Of a DNA stretch of 64,000 nucleotides, positions 12,215 to 22,368 are shown piece by piece (position 1 is the stretch's first letter; every line of letters starts with the position of its first letter). The stretch is from contig JBFWNU010000008.1 of NCBI GenBank assembly GCA_050250895.1, forward strand, positions 192,001 through 256,000, in the 5' to 3' direction. A program made the translations under genes and the position numbers. The notes under the pieces were generated by a model that saw only the letters and a program-made list of their open reading frames with translations, was not told the DNA's origin and ran no database searches. The DNA is from Vulcanimicrobiota bacterium. GTDB lineage: Bacteria; Vulcanimicrobiota; Xenobia; Xenobiales; JADMJV01.

Positions 12215-12251
12215 CCGAAGGACGCTTTCCAGACGAGCAGAAACTTCGCAG

Positions 12252-13187
12252 ATGGAACGTCAAGCCACCTATGAGCAACTGGTTCCCCTGTTGCGCGATG
12301 TCGAGGTCGACCGCAAGGCGGGACAGGTTCGGTGCGTGTTCGTGTGTCCGGTCACCGGTCGCCGGCTGCCTTCGAGCCATTATATCGAGCATTCTGACGG
12401 AGTGGTCGACTCGGTTCTCGACGGCGTTTCGACCAGCTTCTGGTACAACTTGCGCCGCCGGGTTTTCGGCACGGTGGTCTCTTATTTCAACTCCGGCCTG
12501 ATGCGCGATGTGGTCGAGGGCACCGCCAATAGCCTGCTCTATCGGGGGGACGAACGCTTTATCAGCGAGTCTGAAGTGCAGGCCGGGGTGGTCCGAGCCT
12601 TCGAGGCTGTCGCTCACGAGTTTCATTGGGACCGCGAGGGCTGGGTGGCCCGCGAGGTGGTCGAGCAGTTCGCCGGGGACTTCCATCGCCAACTGCGAGA
12701 TTATCCCATCCAGACGCGCTATGAGGCTGTGACGCTGGGTCGGGTGCTGGCAGCGGTGGCCCGGCTCGAAGGAGTCGCCGACTCGGAGTTGGCCTTCTTG
12801 TGGCAGTATGGCTCACCCATGGGCGGCGACGCCGAGGCCAACTTGCGCAGCTCGCCTCCGTCCTCGGTTGAACTCTCTGAGGTGGCGCCCCAGGCTAAGG
12901 CTACCTTGCTGATGTTGGCCTGGACCATGGCTTTGGTGGACGAGAGCCTGAGTCCAACCGAGCAGAGCTATCTGCGCAGCGTGGCCGAGGATCTCGGGCT
13001 GGACGGTCAGACCGAAGAAGCCATGCAGGCGGCAGCGCGCCAATTCGTGATCGAGCAGGTGGTCGACCTTGACCAGCAACCCGATCGGGCCGCTCTCGGG
13101 CAGTTGGCCCAACGCCTGGGCTATAGCTTAGACGAGTTCGAGCGGGTGGTGGTGCGCCTCAAGAAACGTCAGCCACCCAGCTCGTAG
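12252..13187 (+). CDS. Hypothetical protein with C-terminal TerB-like domain
   Basis: AWTMALVDESLSPTEQSYLRSVAEDLGL resembles TerB metal-binding helices. Confidence 0.55.
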   Translation: MERQATYEQLVPLLRDVEVDRKAGQVRCVFVCPVTGRRLPSSHYIEHSDGVVDSVLDGVSTSFWYNLRRRVFGTVVSYFNSGLMRDVVEGTANSLLYRGDERFISESEVQAGVVRAFEAVAHEFHWDREGWVAREVVEQFAGDFHRQLRDYPIQTRYEAVTLGRVLAAVARLEGVADSELAFLWQYGSPMGGDAEANLRSSPPSSVELSEVAPQAKATLLMLAWTMALVDESLSPTEQSYLRSVAEDLGLDGQTEEAMQAAARQFVIEQVVDLDQQPDRAALGQLAQRLGYSLDEFERVVVRLKKRQPPSS

Positions 13188-13723
13188 TATTCGATCCAGC
13201 GTCGTCCGCGGCGCACCTGATGCAACCGCTTGAGCCCCAGACCTCGTTGTTGGGCCCACTGGGCCAGAGCCTCGGGCGGCAGGGGCCAATGGGTGAAGGT
13301 GTGCAGGCGGGCTTCCAACACCACCCCAAGCCCATCCAATTCTTCCAGCAGCAGTTCGCATTCCAACTCCCCGCCCTGTCGGTTCCACCGGGCCATGGTG
13401 GCCAGGCGCCGCGGTTCTTCCTGATCGAACTCTGGCCGGCGGGCCAGTCGGCTGGGATTAGGCCAGTGGTCGCGCTCGAGCACTTGCTGGTCGAGCCGGT
13501 AGGTCTCGAGCAACAATCGCGACGGGTTTTCTTGGCGGCAATGGTCGAGATAGGCCAGGGCGTCGGGGCGAGCGTGCAGCGCGTGGTGCGAGATGACCAC
13601 CAGCTCAAAAGGCGCAACCCCGCGCCTGGGTTGGGGGTGTTGTAGGCCCACCAGACGATAGGATTTCGCTTGTTTGATGATTCCTTCCAGCCATTGAGGC
13701 TCGAAGGCTCGGGTCTTTAGCAA
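13169..13723 (-). CDS. Hypothetical protein (possible degenerate methyltransferase-like fold); TTG start inferred
   Basis: Open frame filling the gap between convergent genes; start overlaps the PilZ gene stop. Confidence 0.4.
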   Translation of the reverse strand: MLKTRAFEPQWLEGIIKQAKSYRLVGLQHPQPRRGVAPFELVVISHHALHARPDALAYLDHCRQENPSRLLLETYRLDQQVLERDHWPNPSRLARRPEFDQEEPRRLATMARWNRQGGELECELLLEELDGLGVVLEARLHTFTHWPLPPEALAQWAQQRGLGLKRLHQVRRGRRWIEYYELGG

Positions 13724-14097
13724 GCCCGGTGGTATCCCGGACGCATTTTCTCTCGGAGTTTTTGCAGGTGGTGCCAGCGCTCGAGGGCGCGACGGTCCGA
13801 GCTGTTGTCGCGACAAAAGCGGATGCCCACCAGGTAGCGTCCCGAAAAATCGTCGGCCGGACGCTTCCATACGGCTGTGCCGGGAACCGTCACCATCCGT
13901 CCCATCAGCTTGAGCGTTACCTGAACGCCTCGGTCCGGTTCGATGTCTTCATCGGTAACGATGCTGGCTCCGCCTTCACCCACCGAGAAGGCGACGCTGC
14001 GCGTGAAAGTGTCGGCGTCACAACGATACCAGGCCGGAAGGGTGCGTTTGACTCGTTCCGACCGGCGCCGGTCCTTGTCCTTATTGTCCAAACCCAT
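13717..14097 (-). CDS. PilZ domain protein
   Basis: DRRRSERV RxxxR motif, SVGEGGASI, VWKR...YLVGIRF. Confidence 0.8.
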   Translation of the reverse strand: MGLDNKDKDRRRSERVKRTLPAWYRCDADTFTRSVAFSVGEGGASIVTDEDIEPDRGVQVTLKLMGRMVTVPGTAVWKRPADDFSGRYLVGIRFCRDNSSDRRALERWHHLQKLREKMRPGYHRAC

Positions 14098-14160
14098 AGA
14101 CGAAACCCCTTTGATGGATTGGACCCAGTCTAGCGATGGCGCCTTAAAAAAAGCTTGAAA

Positions 14161-15555
14161 TCAAGGCTCGAGCTGCTGCCGGGCCAGCGCTTGTTCGAGC
14201 TCGGGTCGACCCGATAACCAGGTATCGAACGAAGTGTTGCTCGCCGCCTCGTCGTTGAGATAGACCGCAAAGAGCAACAGGCGGGCGAAACGCTCGGCAA
14301 ACTGAGGCGCTAGTTTGCGCTTGGACTCTCGGTCCGAGTTCAGGCTTTCGCCGATACTCTCGCGAAGGTCGACCAGGGTCTTCCCGGTCACAGGGTCTTT
14401 TCCGAGTTCGTCGATGAGCCGCTCGAGCGAGACCGAGCCCGAGACCAGGCCTTGGACGGTCTTGAGCACCTCGCCCAGACCCACCGTGCTGACCCAGCCT
14501 TGCAGGGCCGCCCAGGCGGGGTTGTCCTTCTTTTGCTCCATCTGGTCGAGCAGGTTGAAAACCGTCAGCGCGGTGGTGGTACGTCCGCGTCCGCCGTGGC
14601 AGTTGACGATGAACTCCGAGTCGAGACTGCACTGATCGTGGATCTCGCGCAGGCGGTCGAAGTCGTCGGCTGCGGGAGCATGTTCGTCGGTTACCGGCAC
14701 CCGGTGGTAGTTCAATTGATAGCCCTCGCCGCGGAGCTGTTCCACCACCTGGTTGGGGGTCTGGATCTGGTCGGGCTTGACCTTCATGTAAACGGGTTTG
14801 GTCTCGGGCTGGCCGTCGACCATCACTTCTTCATGGAGCAAGATGTAGCCCTGGGGGGGTGAATCAATCTCGGCCTTGAGCCGGTCAGCCCACTCCTGTT
14901 CACGACGGGCGACCTCTTCCCCGCTGTCGCCGGCGGTGGAGTGGTTCTCGCGGTCGTCGATTCGCATGTTGTAGGGCTTGCCCTGGATATACACAACCGG
15001 TTCTTCGCGCATGTTCACCCAGGTGAACTGTTTGGACTTGTCGAGCATTTTGCGTAGTCCGTCGACGGTCGGTTGGCCGGTCGCCTGGTAGCGGCCCATC
15101 CGGCGGTAAGAGGGAGTGCCGTCGGGGTTGTCGCCGAGCCAATCGATACCCGGATACTGATCGGCCTTGACTCGCATCCCGTCACGACGTTCGAGTTCTT
15201 TTTGCTCTTCTTCGGCGGTGGCCTCGACTCTGTCCCGGCCATCAAAGCGAGGCCCGATGGTGGGTTCTTCCACCGGAGCGCCGGCCAGTAGCCACTGGTT
15301 GGAAGCGGGAGCCCGAGACGGGTCGACTCTGGCCGCTGGCGCCTCTGCCAACAACTCATCCAAAAGAGCCGGGGGCAAGATGCCGCCCAGCAGGCGCAAG
15401 CCCTTCAGCGGCCGGGTGGGAATGAACTGGGCCGAGGTCGGGGTGGCCTCGGGGCCGGACACGAATTGGTCGCTGGGCGTGACTGCGATGGGGCTGCGGT
15501 GGGTGTAGTTGGCGAGAGGAGAAACGAACTGCCGAGAACCGATGGTCGAGAGCAT
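14161..15555 (-). CDS. Paladin/PTP-like phytase family phosphatase (inositol polyphosphate or protein tyrosine phosphatase)
   Basis: GQPTVDG, WVNMREEPVVYIQGKPY, YHRVPVTDEHAP...DFD, catalytic NCHGGRGRTT (CX5R). Confidence 0.85.
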   Translation of the reverse strand: MLSTIGSRQFVSPLANYTHRSPIAVTPSDQFVSGPEATPTSAQFIPTRPLKGLRLLGGILPPALLDELLAEAPAARVDPSRAPASNQWLLAGAPVEEPTIGPRFDGRDRVEATAEEEQKELERRDGMRVKADQYPGIDWLGDNPDGTPSYRRMGRYQATGQPTVDGLRKMLDKSKQFTWVNMREEPVVYIQGKPYNMRIDDRENHSTAGDSGEEVARREQEWADRLKAEIDSPPQGYILLHEEVMVDGQPETKPVYMKVKPDQIQTPNQVVEQLRGEGYQLNYHRVPVTDEHAPAADDFDRLREIHDQCSLDSEFIVNCHGGRGRTTTALTVFNLLDQMEQKKDNPAWAALQGWVSTVGLGEVLKTVQGLVSGSVSLERLIDELGKDPVTGKTLVDLRESIGESLNSDRESKRKLAPQFAERFARLLLFAVYLNDEAASNTSFDTWLSGRPELEQALARQQLEP

Positions 15556-15739
15556 GAGCACATACACCTTTCTTGTGTATCCTCGCTTCGCTCTCCGCTC
15601 CGAACGCGTGGACCGTGCTCTCAGGTTAGCTTCTCCGGGGAACAAAAGTTGTTACAGAAATGTAACCCGGAGACCAGATACACAAAACCCTTAATCTAAA
15701 CTGAAAGCCGGCCGGGTTTCGATGAGCAGGATGTTACCG

Positions 15740-15934
15740 TCAGGGCAGATGGCACAAATGCCTCCGGTGCGCTAACAGCCGACGCAGTCGGTGGCCAGGA
15801 TCTGTCACGTCTTGCACCTGGTTTCGGCGCAGGTAGCGTCCACCCAGTCGGGCCCTGACCCTTTGGTCGCTGAGGTGCTCGAGGTGGATCACGTCCTGGG
15901 TACTAAATCCGAAGGCGGTTAGATGTTCGAACAA
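15740..15934 (-). CDS. Small hypothetical protein
   Basis: AAGGAGG about 11 nt upstream of a TTG start; occupies an otherwise empty intergenic gap. Confidence 0.35.
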   Translation of the reverse strand: MFEHLTAFGFSTQDVIHLEHLSDQRVRARLGGRYLRRNQVQDVTDPGHRLRRLLAHRRHLCHLP

Positions 15935-16128
15935 CGACGCCTAAGCCTCCTTTGATGTCCCCTCGCATGATTTCCAGCCGGAAAGCTCGGTTGGTTCCTG
16001 GCTCGAATGCCCGTGGTTATAGGCCTCGTTGAAGTGATCAGGAAAGAGGAATGAAAACGGGTTTCGATGGGGAATATGCCCCTCACGCCCTCCGGTGGGG
16101 GCTCGTTAGTATTGACTCAGGAGTAACC

Positions 16129-18849
16129 ATGGCCTCATCATCAGATTCCTTGACCCTCGAGGAACAGCTCAACGAACTCCGCGAGGAGAACCGCGGTCTG
16201 CGCGAGCAGATCTCCGGTCCCGACCTGAGCGCGTTCGAGCAAAACCGCCAGCTCAAGATCGAACGCAAGAAGCTGCAGGATGACGTCCGCCGGTTGACTT
16301 CAGAGTGTGTCCAATTGACCTTCCAGATCCGCGAACTCGAGGGCAAGCTGTCTGACACCGAGGGCAAACTCCAGGCCACCGAAGGAAAGCTTCGCGATGC
16401 CGAAGACCAGCTGCGCCAGGCCCACGAAGAGGCCGATGGGTACCGGGCCAGCATCGAACAGCATCGCTCTCAGGAGATGATGCTCAGCCAGGAGCTTGAA
16501 GATACACGGACTACCAACGCCGACACTTTGAAAAAGCTCGAGCAAGAGCGCGAAGAGCAGCTTCGCCAGCTTGAGCAAGAACGCGAGCAAGAGCGGCGCC
16601 GGCTCGAAGAGGAGCGGGAAGCGGCTCTGGCCGAGGCCGAAGAGCGGATGCAATCCGAGATCGCCCAGCGCGAGGGCCAGATCGGCGAGCTGCGTCAGCG
16701 GGTGGATGAGTTCAAAGAGCAGTTCTTGAGCACCGAACTGCCGGCGCTGGATGCCGACGCGTCGATCGGAGAAGGACGCGCCTTCTCGCTGTTGACCGAG
16801 CATCTCGAGCGTTTGCTCGGCTATCCCGGTCGGACCCTGGTCGAGCAGGTCTTCTCGCTCTGCCGGGCCGATTTCTCCACCTCCGATCCCAAGCAGCTCG
16901 AAGACGTCTTCGAGGCCCTGCAAGACACCGCCAGCAAACTGGTGCGCAGTCCCGACCAGGAGAAAGAGTTGGCCGACGTACTGGCGGCATGCTGGGCCGA
17001 ACTTGGCGTGTCCGAAGAGCGGCCGGCCAGGACGGCTGAGGCGACCCCCACCGAACCCGAGCCCGAGTCGGTCGAAGAGACGCCGACCGCCCCCGAGCGC
17101 GAGGTGGTCGAAGAAGCTGCCGTCGAAGAGGACGTGAGCGAGGAACCGGTGGTCGAAGAACCCGTGGTCGAGGAACCCGTGGTCGAGGAACCGGTGGTGG
17201 AAGAGCCGGTTGTCGAAGAACCCGTGGTCGAGGAGCCGGTGGTAGAAGAGCCCGTGGCAGAAGAGCCCGCTGCCGAAGAAGCAGAGAGCGAGCCGGAGGT
17301 GGCCGAGGCTGTGGCCGAAGGAGCCGCCACCGGTGCGGCTACTGGTGAGGTCACCTTCGAATCCGCCGTCGCGCTGCTTCACGAAGGCCAGTTTGACCAG
17401 GCGGCCGCCCAGTTCGAAACGTTGCGGTCGGGTGATGGCGGCAACGAGGTCAGTGTCGGGCTGATGAGCGCCCAGATCGGAGCCGGTCGGGTCGACGACG
17501 CGGTGGAGCTGGGTCTGAACCTGCGAGGCCAGGACCTTGGCGAAGCCGAAGAACAGTTCCGCAGCGTCTGGGAAACGACCCTGACGACCAAGCTCAAGAA
17601 CCCGGACAGCGACCTGCAACGCAAACGGCTGCTGCTCGCCCTGGCCGAGCTCAAGTTGCCTGCCGAGGCGGGACTCGAAGCTCTCGACGAAGCCGAGCAG
17701 ATTCCGGTTCGGCTCGACGAAGACGGCTTGCTCAGCTACTATCAGGTCGTCTCGCGAGTCGACAATGAGGATGTCACCGCCTATCTGCTCGACTACATGC
17801 ACTCGCTGGGCGATAAGCCCGAGTTGTTCGAGCATCTCTCCAAGAACTTTTCGCGCTATCCCGAAATCGCCAAGGTGGCCGAAGCGGTCGTGGCGCTGGC
17901 CGGACAATCCCGAACCGGGGCCCAGGAGGCCGAAGAGGCGGCCGGCGAGTTGCTCGCCCCGCAGTACGCTACCCGTGAGATGGCCGAGGAGATCGGTGAC
18001 CCCGGCGAAGAGGCCATGGTCGAGGTCTTTCTCGACCACCTGATCCCCCGGGCCGGCCTCGAATTGCCGGTGCCGTCCGACGAGTTCGAAGAGTTTCTCC
18101 ATGACTCCGAGCCGGCCGCGTTCGTAGGTTCGCTGCGCCAGGCTCTGCGCAACATCGACTATACCGTCTTCTTTGAGGAGATCGAGGTGTTGAGTTATGC
18201 GGGCGAGGCCGATTTTCTGGTCGAGAGCTGTCCTGAGCCCACGCCCACGCTGCTGTTCCACTCCAAGGTCGAGAACGTGCCGCCCGAAGAGTTACGTTTT
18301 CTGGTTTTTCGCCGGCTGGTTCAGATGTATCGTCGCCACGCCTATCTCGAACATATGGCCCGCGCTCTCGACGACGCCGCCCGTTGCAAGCTGGTCAAAG
18401 CTTGCATCGAGATTCACCAAGAATCCGAGTACGAGATTTCGCCGATGCTGGTCAGCCGGCTGGCAGAGATCTCGGCCCAGGCGGGGGAGGGCGATGACCC
18501 CGAGGTGCGCGGCCAACTCGACGCCTTGCTGGACAAGCTGTATGCCGACACCGGCAGCGACAGTTTCATCGAGCTGGGCGACTTTCTCTATGACAACCAG
18601 CTGGCCAAGAAATGGCTGGACCCGCTGGCCGACCAGTTCGCCGCCTCGGTGGTGGGTCTCACCACCGCGAGCTATGCGACCGCTCGCGATATGGTAGACG
18701 ATGAGCTATTTAGCGAACTCGAGGCCAAGGGTCTGGGTTTGCTCTGGCAAGACGAAAACCGCGAGCAGTACGAAGAACTTCGGCTGCGCTTGCAGCGACT
18801 CTGGCTTGGACCCCTCAAAGCGGCCAGCTACGAACTCGAAGAAGAATAA
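16129..18849 (+). CDS. Large acidic protein: N-terminal coiled coil, EEPVV repeat linker, TPR-like region, degenerate M48-like C-terminal region
   Basis: AGGAG RBS before ATG 16129; long heptad E/Q/R-rich segment; typical codon usage. Confidence 0.8.
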   Translation: MASSSDSLTLEEQLNELREENRGLREQISGPDLSAFEQNRQLKIERKKLQDDVRRLTSECVQLTFQIRELEGKLSDTEGKLQATEGKLRDAEDQLRQAHEEADGYRASIEQHRSQEMMLSQELEDTRTTNADTLKKLEQEREEQLRQLEQEREQERRRLEEEREAALAEAEERMQSEIAQREGQIGELRQRVDEFKEQFLSTELPALDADASIGEGRAFSLLTEHLERLLGYPGRTLVEQVFSLCRADFSTSDPKQLEDVFEALQDTASKLVRSPDQEKELADVLAACWAELGVSEERPARTAEATPTEPEPESVEETPTAPEREVVEEAAVEEDVSEEPVVEEPVVEEPVVEEPVVEEPVVEEPVVEEPVVEEPVAEEPAAEEAESEPEVAEAVAEGAATGAATGEVTFESAVALLHEGQFDQAAAQFETLRSGDGGNEVSVGLMSAQIGAGRVDDAVELGLNLRGQDLGEAEEQFRSVWETTLTTKLKNPDSDLQRKRLLLALAELKLPAEAGLEALDEAEQIPVRLDEDGLLSYYQVVSRVDNEDVTAYLLDYMHSLGDKPELFEHLSKNFSRYPEIAKVAEAVVALAGQSRTGAQEAEEAAGELLAPQYATREMAEEIGDPGEEAMVEVFLDHLIPRAGLELPVPSDEFEEFLHDSEPAAFVGSLRQALRNIDYTVFFEEIEVLSYAGEADFLVESCPEPTPTLLFHSKVENVPPEELRFLVFRRLVQMYRRHAYLEHMARALDDAARCKLVKACIEIHQESEYEISPMLVSRLAEISAQAGEGDDPEVRGQLDALLDKLYADTGSDSFIELGDFLYDNQLAKKWLDPLADQFAASVVGLTTASYATARDMVDDELFSELEAKGLGLLWQDENREQYEELRLRLQRLWLGPLKAASYELEEE
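17140..17274 (+). repeat. In-frame 15-bp tandem repeat, 9 units (7x EEPVV, EEPVA, EEPAA)
   Basis: GARGARCCSGTBGTN-type units read directly; third positions vary between units. Confidence 0.95.
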
Positions 18850-18913
18850 CCGGCCGATATCGAGGTCCGAAAACGGCCAGCCTCAGGCTGGCCGTCTCTG
18901 TTATACTCGCCTC

Positions 18914-20296
18914 ATGGAACTCGACGCAGACCAATGCTACTCTTTGATCGCGGCTCGTGACGCTCGCTACGATGGCCTGTTTTATACCGCCGTCACCACC
19001 ACCGGGATCTACTGCCGGCCCATCTGTCCCGCCCGGACTCCGAAACGCACAAATGTTCGGTTTTTCCGCAGTTCGGCCGAGGCCAAGCGACATGGTTTTC
19101 GTCCCTGCCTTCGCTGCCGTCCTGAGCTTGCTCCCGACAGCTTCTCGTTTCACGAGCCCTCGGGGGTGCTGGGGCGCGGCCTGACCCTGATCGCCGAAGG
19201 GGTGCTCGATGAAGCCCCGGTCGCTGAACTGGCCAGACGTCTGAACGTCAGCGACCGGCATTTGCGTCGTCTGTTCGATAAGCATCTGGGAGCGGCGCCC
19301 TCCGAGGTGGCATCGGCCCGCCGTCTCGAGGCGGCCAAGCGTTTGCTGGACCAGACCTCGATGTCGATGACCGAGGTCGCCTTTGCCTCGGGGTTCGCCA
19401 GTTTGCGGCGCTTCAATCACGCCTTTTCCAAAGCCTACGGATGCTCGCCGTCGCGACTGCGAGGTCAGTCCCGCCGCGACCGGGGCGTGACTCTTAAGCT
19501 GGGGTGGCGAGGCGACTATGATTGGAACTGGGTGTGGGGCTACCTGCAGGCTCGGGCCATCGGCGGGCTAGAGACCGTGCGCTCCGGTTTCTATCGTCGC
19601 CTTTTCCGAGTCGAGGACCGGCTGTGTGCGGTCGAAGTGACGCCCCGTCACCATCAGCTCGTGGTTCGCCTCGAGGGCGAGCTGGAAGGCCCCGCCCTGG
19701 CGGCGACGGTTCGCGGCATCAGCTTGAGGGTAGGGCGGCTGTTTGACCTGTCGCTGGACCCCATGCGTCTGGAAGGTTTGGCCGGCGATGCTCTGCTAGG
19801 ACGCTGGTTGCGGGGGATTCGGGTGCCGGGTTGTTGGGACGGCTTCGAGATGGCGGTTCGCGCCGTGCTCGGCCAGCAGGTGAGCGTGGCCGCGGCCACC
19901 ACCGTCTGCGCGCGGCTCGTCGAGCGTTTTGGCCGTGAGGGAGAGTTTCCGCGGCCAGAAGTGCTGGCCGAGGCTCGGCTCGAGGAGATCGGCCTGCCGG
20001 GCAAGCGGGCCGCCTGCCTTCGCGGTTTGTCCGCCCGGGTCGCCGAAGGCCGGCTACGTCTGGACGCTGCCTTGAGCGAGCCGGACCTTGAAGGCCTGCC
20101 CGGCCTGGGCCCCTGGACCCGCAGCTATCTGGCCATGCGGGTAGGGCGGCAGCCTGATGCCTTCCCGGCCGGAGATCTGGTTTTGCGCAAAATGGCCGGA
20201 GGACTCAAAGAGCGCCAACTCGAGCAGCTCTCGCGGGCCTGGCAGCCCTGGCGGGCCTACGCCGCCATGGCCTTGTGGAAAGGAGCGACACAATGA
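18914..20296 (+). CDS. alkA: Ada-family regulator fused to DNA-3-methyladenine glycosylase AlkA
   Basis: TTGIYCRPICPAR, GFRPCLRCRP (Ada Zn domain); AraC HTH (GFASLRRFN); AVLGQQVS, LPGLGPWT, DAFPAGD, WQPWRAYA. Confidence 0.92.
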   Translation: MELDADQCYSLIAARDARYDGLFYTAVTTTGIYCRPICPARTPKRTNVRFFRSSAEAKRHGFRPCLRCRPELAPDSFSFHEPSGVLGRGLTLIAEGVLDEAPVAELARRLNVSDRHLRRLFDKHLGAAPSEVASARRLEAAKRLLDQTSMSMTEVAFASGFASLRRFNHAFSKAYGCSPSRLRGQSRRDRGVTLKLGWRGDYDWNWVWGYLQARAIGGLETVRSGFYRRLFRVEDRLCAVEVTPRHHQLVVRLEGELEGPALAATVRGISLRVGRLFDLSLDPMRLEGLAGDALLGRWLRGIRVPGCWDGFEMAVRAVLGQQVSVAAATTVCARLVERFGREGEFPRPEVLAEARLEEIGLPGKRAACLRGLSARVAEGRLRLDAALSEPDLEGLPGLGPWTRSYLAMRVGRQPDAFPAGDLVLRKMAGGLKERQLEQLSRAWQPWRAYAAMALWKGATQ

Positions 20297-20778
20297 ATTA
20301 TCAGCTCATGGAGACCCCTCTGGGACCCCTGATGGTGGCCGAGAGTGACCGGGGAGTGGCTCGGATCGCCTTTACCGAGGCCGATGCTCCCATCCGTCCG
20401 GGGTCGGACTGGCGGCAGGGTTCTCTGCGCAGTCCGGCGGTGCGGCAGCTAGAAGAATATTTCGCGGGCCAGCGTCAAACCTTCGAGTTCGACCTCGACC
20501 CTCAGGGCACGCCTTTTCAACTGCAAGTGTGGCGTTGCCTGATGGAGATCCCCTATGGAGAGACCTGGAGCTATGGACAGCTGGCCCGGCATCTGGGGCG
20601 ACCCAACGCTTCGCGGGCGGTAGGCGCGGCCAACGGACGCAATCCGCTGCCGGTGGTCGTTCCCTGTCATCGAGTGATCGGGGCCAACGGCAGTCTGACC
20701 GGCTACGCGGGCGGCTTGCGGTTCAAGCAGGGTCTGCTCGCACTCGAGCAGGCTACTCTCCAGCCCCTTCTTCTCTGA
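20293..20778 (+). CDS. ogt: Methylated-DNA--protein-cysteine S-methyltransferase
   Basis: GTPFQLQVW, IPYGETWSY, RAVGAANGRNP, active site VPCHRV. Confidence 0.95.
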   Translation: MNYQLMETPLGPLMVAESDRGVARIAFTEADAPIRPGSDWRQGSLRSPAVRQLEEYFAGQRQTFEFDLDPQGTPFQLQVWRCLMEIPYGETWSYGQLARHLGRPNASRAVGAANGRNPLPVVVPCHRVIGANGSLTGYAGGLRFKQGLLALEQATLQPLLL

Positions 20779-21763
20779 GCTCGAAATGGCGCCAGCCACC
20801 GTTGTCCTGGGGCGGTTCCTCTTGGATGGCCGGGGCGGGCGCCGGTTCGGGGGCGGCCACCGGGGCCGGGGCCGGCGGTGGAACGGGCTTGGGCGGACGG
20901 GTCCTGGCGGCGCTATTCATCTTGACCCGAACCGCCTCGCCGCCTCGGGTCAACACGACTTCGCCGTTATCGATCGCCTGAACTCGATAGGAGCCGACGG
21001 ATTCGCCGACCGAGACCGTATAGTGCTTGTCGCCCTGGCTGAGGATGGCCTTGGTGGTGTCGGTCTGCATGATGCCCTGCAGTTCGGGCGGTCCCGAACT
21101 AGAACCGGCCGGGGCCGAAGCCGGACCGCCGGAAGGGGCGGCCGGGGCGGGTTTGGGAGCCGGCGCCGGAGCGTAGTAACGGGGAGGCGTCGGATCCCAG
21201 CCGTTGCCTAGCATGGCCAGCATCTGGTCTTCGTCGAGCCTCGGTTCGGCCTGGTCGAGCCGCTTGGCCGGGTCGTTTTGAGCCACCATCTTGCCGTCAG
21301 GCGAGACACGCCAAACGGCCTCGACGGACTCGCCGCCCCGGCTCAGACTGTAGCTGACCTTCCAATCCGGATTATTCTCGAGCTTGCGGGCACTCCATTT
21401 CTTCTCGACCTTCGCGTCGCCCTCCGCCAGCCATTTCTCCAGCAGTTCGGCCTTTTCTGCCACGGTCAGCAGGCCCTGCCGGGTGGTCTGAACCTGGGTC
21501 ACCACCCGCTGAGCCTCGGGGGAGAGGGCCTCGGGAGCAGGGGTCTCGCCGGGGGTGGGTGTTTCGCCCGGGGTCGCGGTCACGGCCGGCGTCGCTTCGG
21601 GCGTAGCCTCGGGGGTCGGTTCGGCGGAGGTAGCCTCGGGCAAGGGAGTCTCGGCCGAGGCCGCCACCGGAGGGGGGGAGGGTGGGTTGGGTGCGAGCGG
21701 GGGCGCCGGCTGGCCACACCCGAGGCCCAGGGCCAGAATCAGGGCGGTGAAGTAGGAACGCAT
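20753..21763 (-). CDS. Pro/Ala/Thr-rich lipoprotein with C-terminal PilP/GspC-like beta domain
   Basis: Lipobox LGLGC; ELQGIM...AIL...VSVGESVGSYRVQAIDNGEVVL pattern. Confidence 0.65.
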   Translation of the reverse strand: MRSYFTALILALGLGCGQPAPPLAPNPPSPPPVAASAETPLPEATSAEPTPEATPEATPAVTATPGETPTPGETPAPEALSPEAQRVVTQVQTTRQGLLTVAEKAELLEKWLAEGDAKVEKKWSARKLENNPDWKVSYSLSRGGESVEAVWRVSPDGKMVAQNDPAKRLDQAEPRLDEDQMLAMLGNGWDPTPPRYYAPAPAPKPAPAAPSGGPASAPAGSSSGPPELQGIMQTDTTKAILSQGDKHYTVSVGESVGSYRVQAIDNGEVVLTRGGEAVRVKMNSAARTRPPKPVPPPAPAPVAAPEPAPAPAIQEEPPQDNGGWRHFELREEGAGE

Positions 21764-22007
21764 AGCCGCACGTTTTTGGCGGGTGGCCTCAATCCCTTTA
21801 AGCAACCCGGTTGGGATTGTCCGCTCCTTGCCTTCGAACAGGCCATCGCCACGCGGTGGCCCGGCTGCGCAACCTCAGGATTTAAGGGAACCTGCGGGCG
21901 TTTGTGAACGGCTTGTTAAGGTCGCCCCAAGCTTTCAGGCTTTTTTCAGGCAGGTTTCATAGTATCACCGTAGAGAACATATAAATACAAACAAGAGGAA
22001 AAGTAGC

Positions 22008-22364
22008 GTGATCAACCCCATCCACAATGTCGGTCAAATTGGCTCCGGTCCAGTCATCAACCGCGCCGCCGAGAAGACTTTCCAAGAACTCGGCACCGGC
22101 GGCAACCATGACTCTTACGCGCCCGGCCTTGAAACCCACGTTGAAGAATTGGCTGTCGACTATCTGACCCGTTGGCTCGAGAATCCCGACGGTGTGGCCA
22201 GCGTCGGTCCCCAGACCGTATCGGCCACCTTCACCCAGGGTCCTGAGGTCAAGCCCGAGGTCACCACCACGATGAGTTACGGTGGAAATTTCACCCCGGA
22301 CCTTCCCCCCGGAATGACGGCCTTCCAGATCGACTGGCAGATCGCCGGGGACCACCCCAAGTAA
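22008..22364 (+). CDS. Hypothetical protein
   Basis: GAGG RBS with AT-rich upstream region; typical codon bias. Confidence 0.6.
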   Translation: MINPIHNVGQIGSGPVINRAAEKTFQELGTGGNHDSYAPGLETHVEELAVDYLTRWLENPDGVASVGPQTVSATFTQGPEVKPEVTTTMSYGGNFTPDLPPGMTAFQIDWQIAGDHPK

Positions 22365-22368
22365 ATCT

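Noticed and set aside
16300-18261. 653-aa antisense ORF, and similar long shadow ORFs such as 39002-41041 and 54300-55535
   Set aside because: They mirror well-supported genes on the opposite strand; expected from GC-rich codon bias, with no motifs of their own
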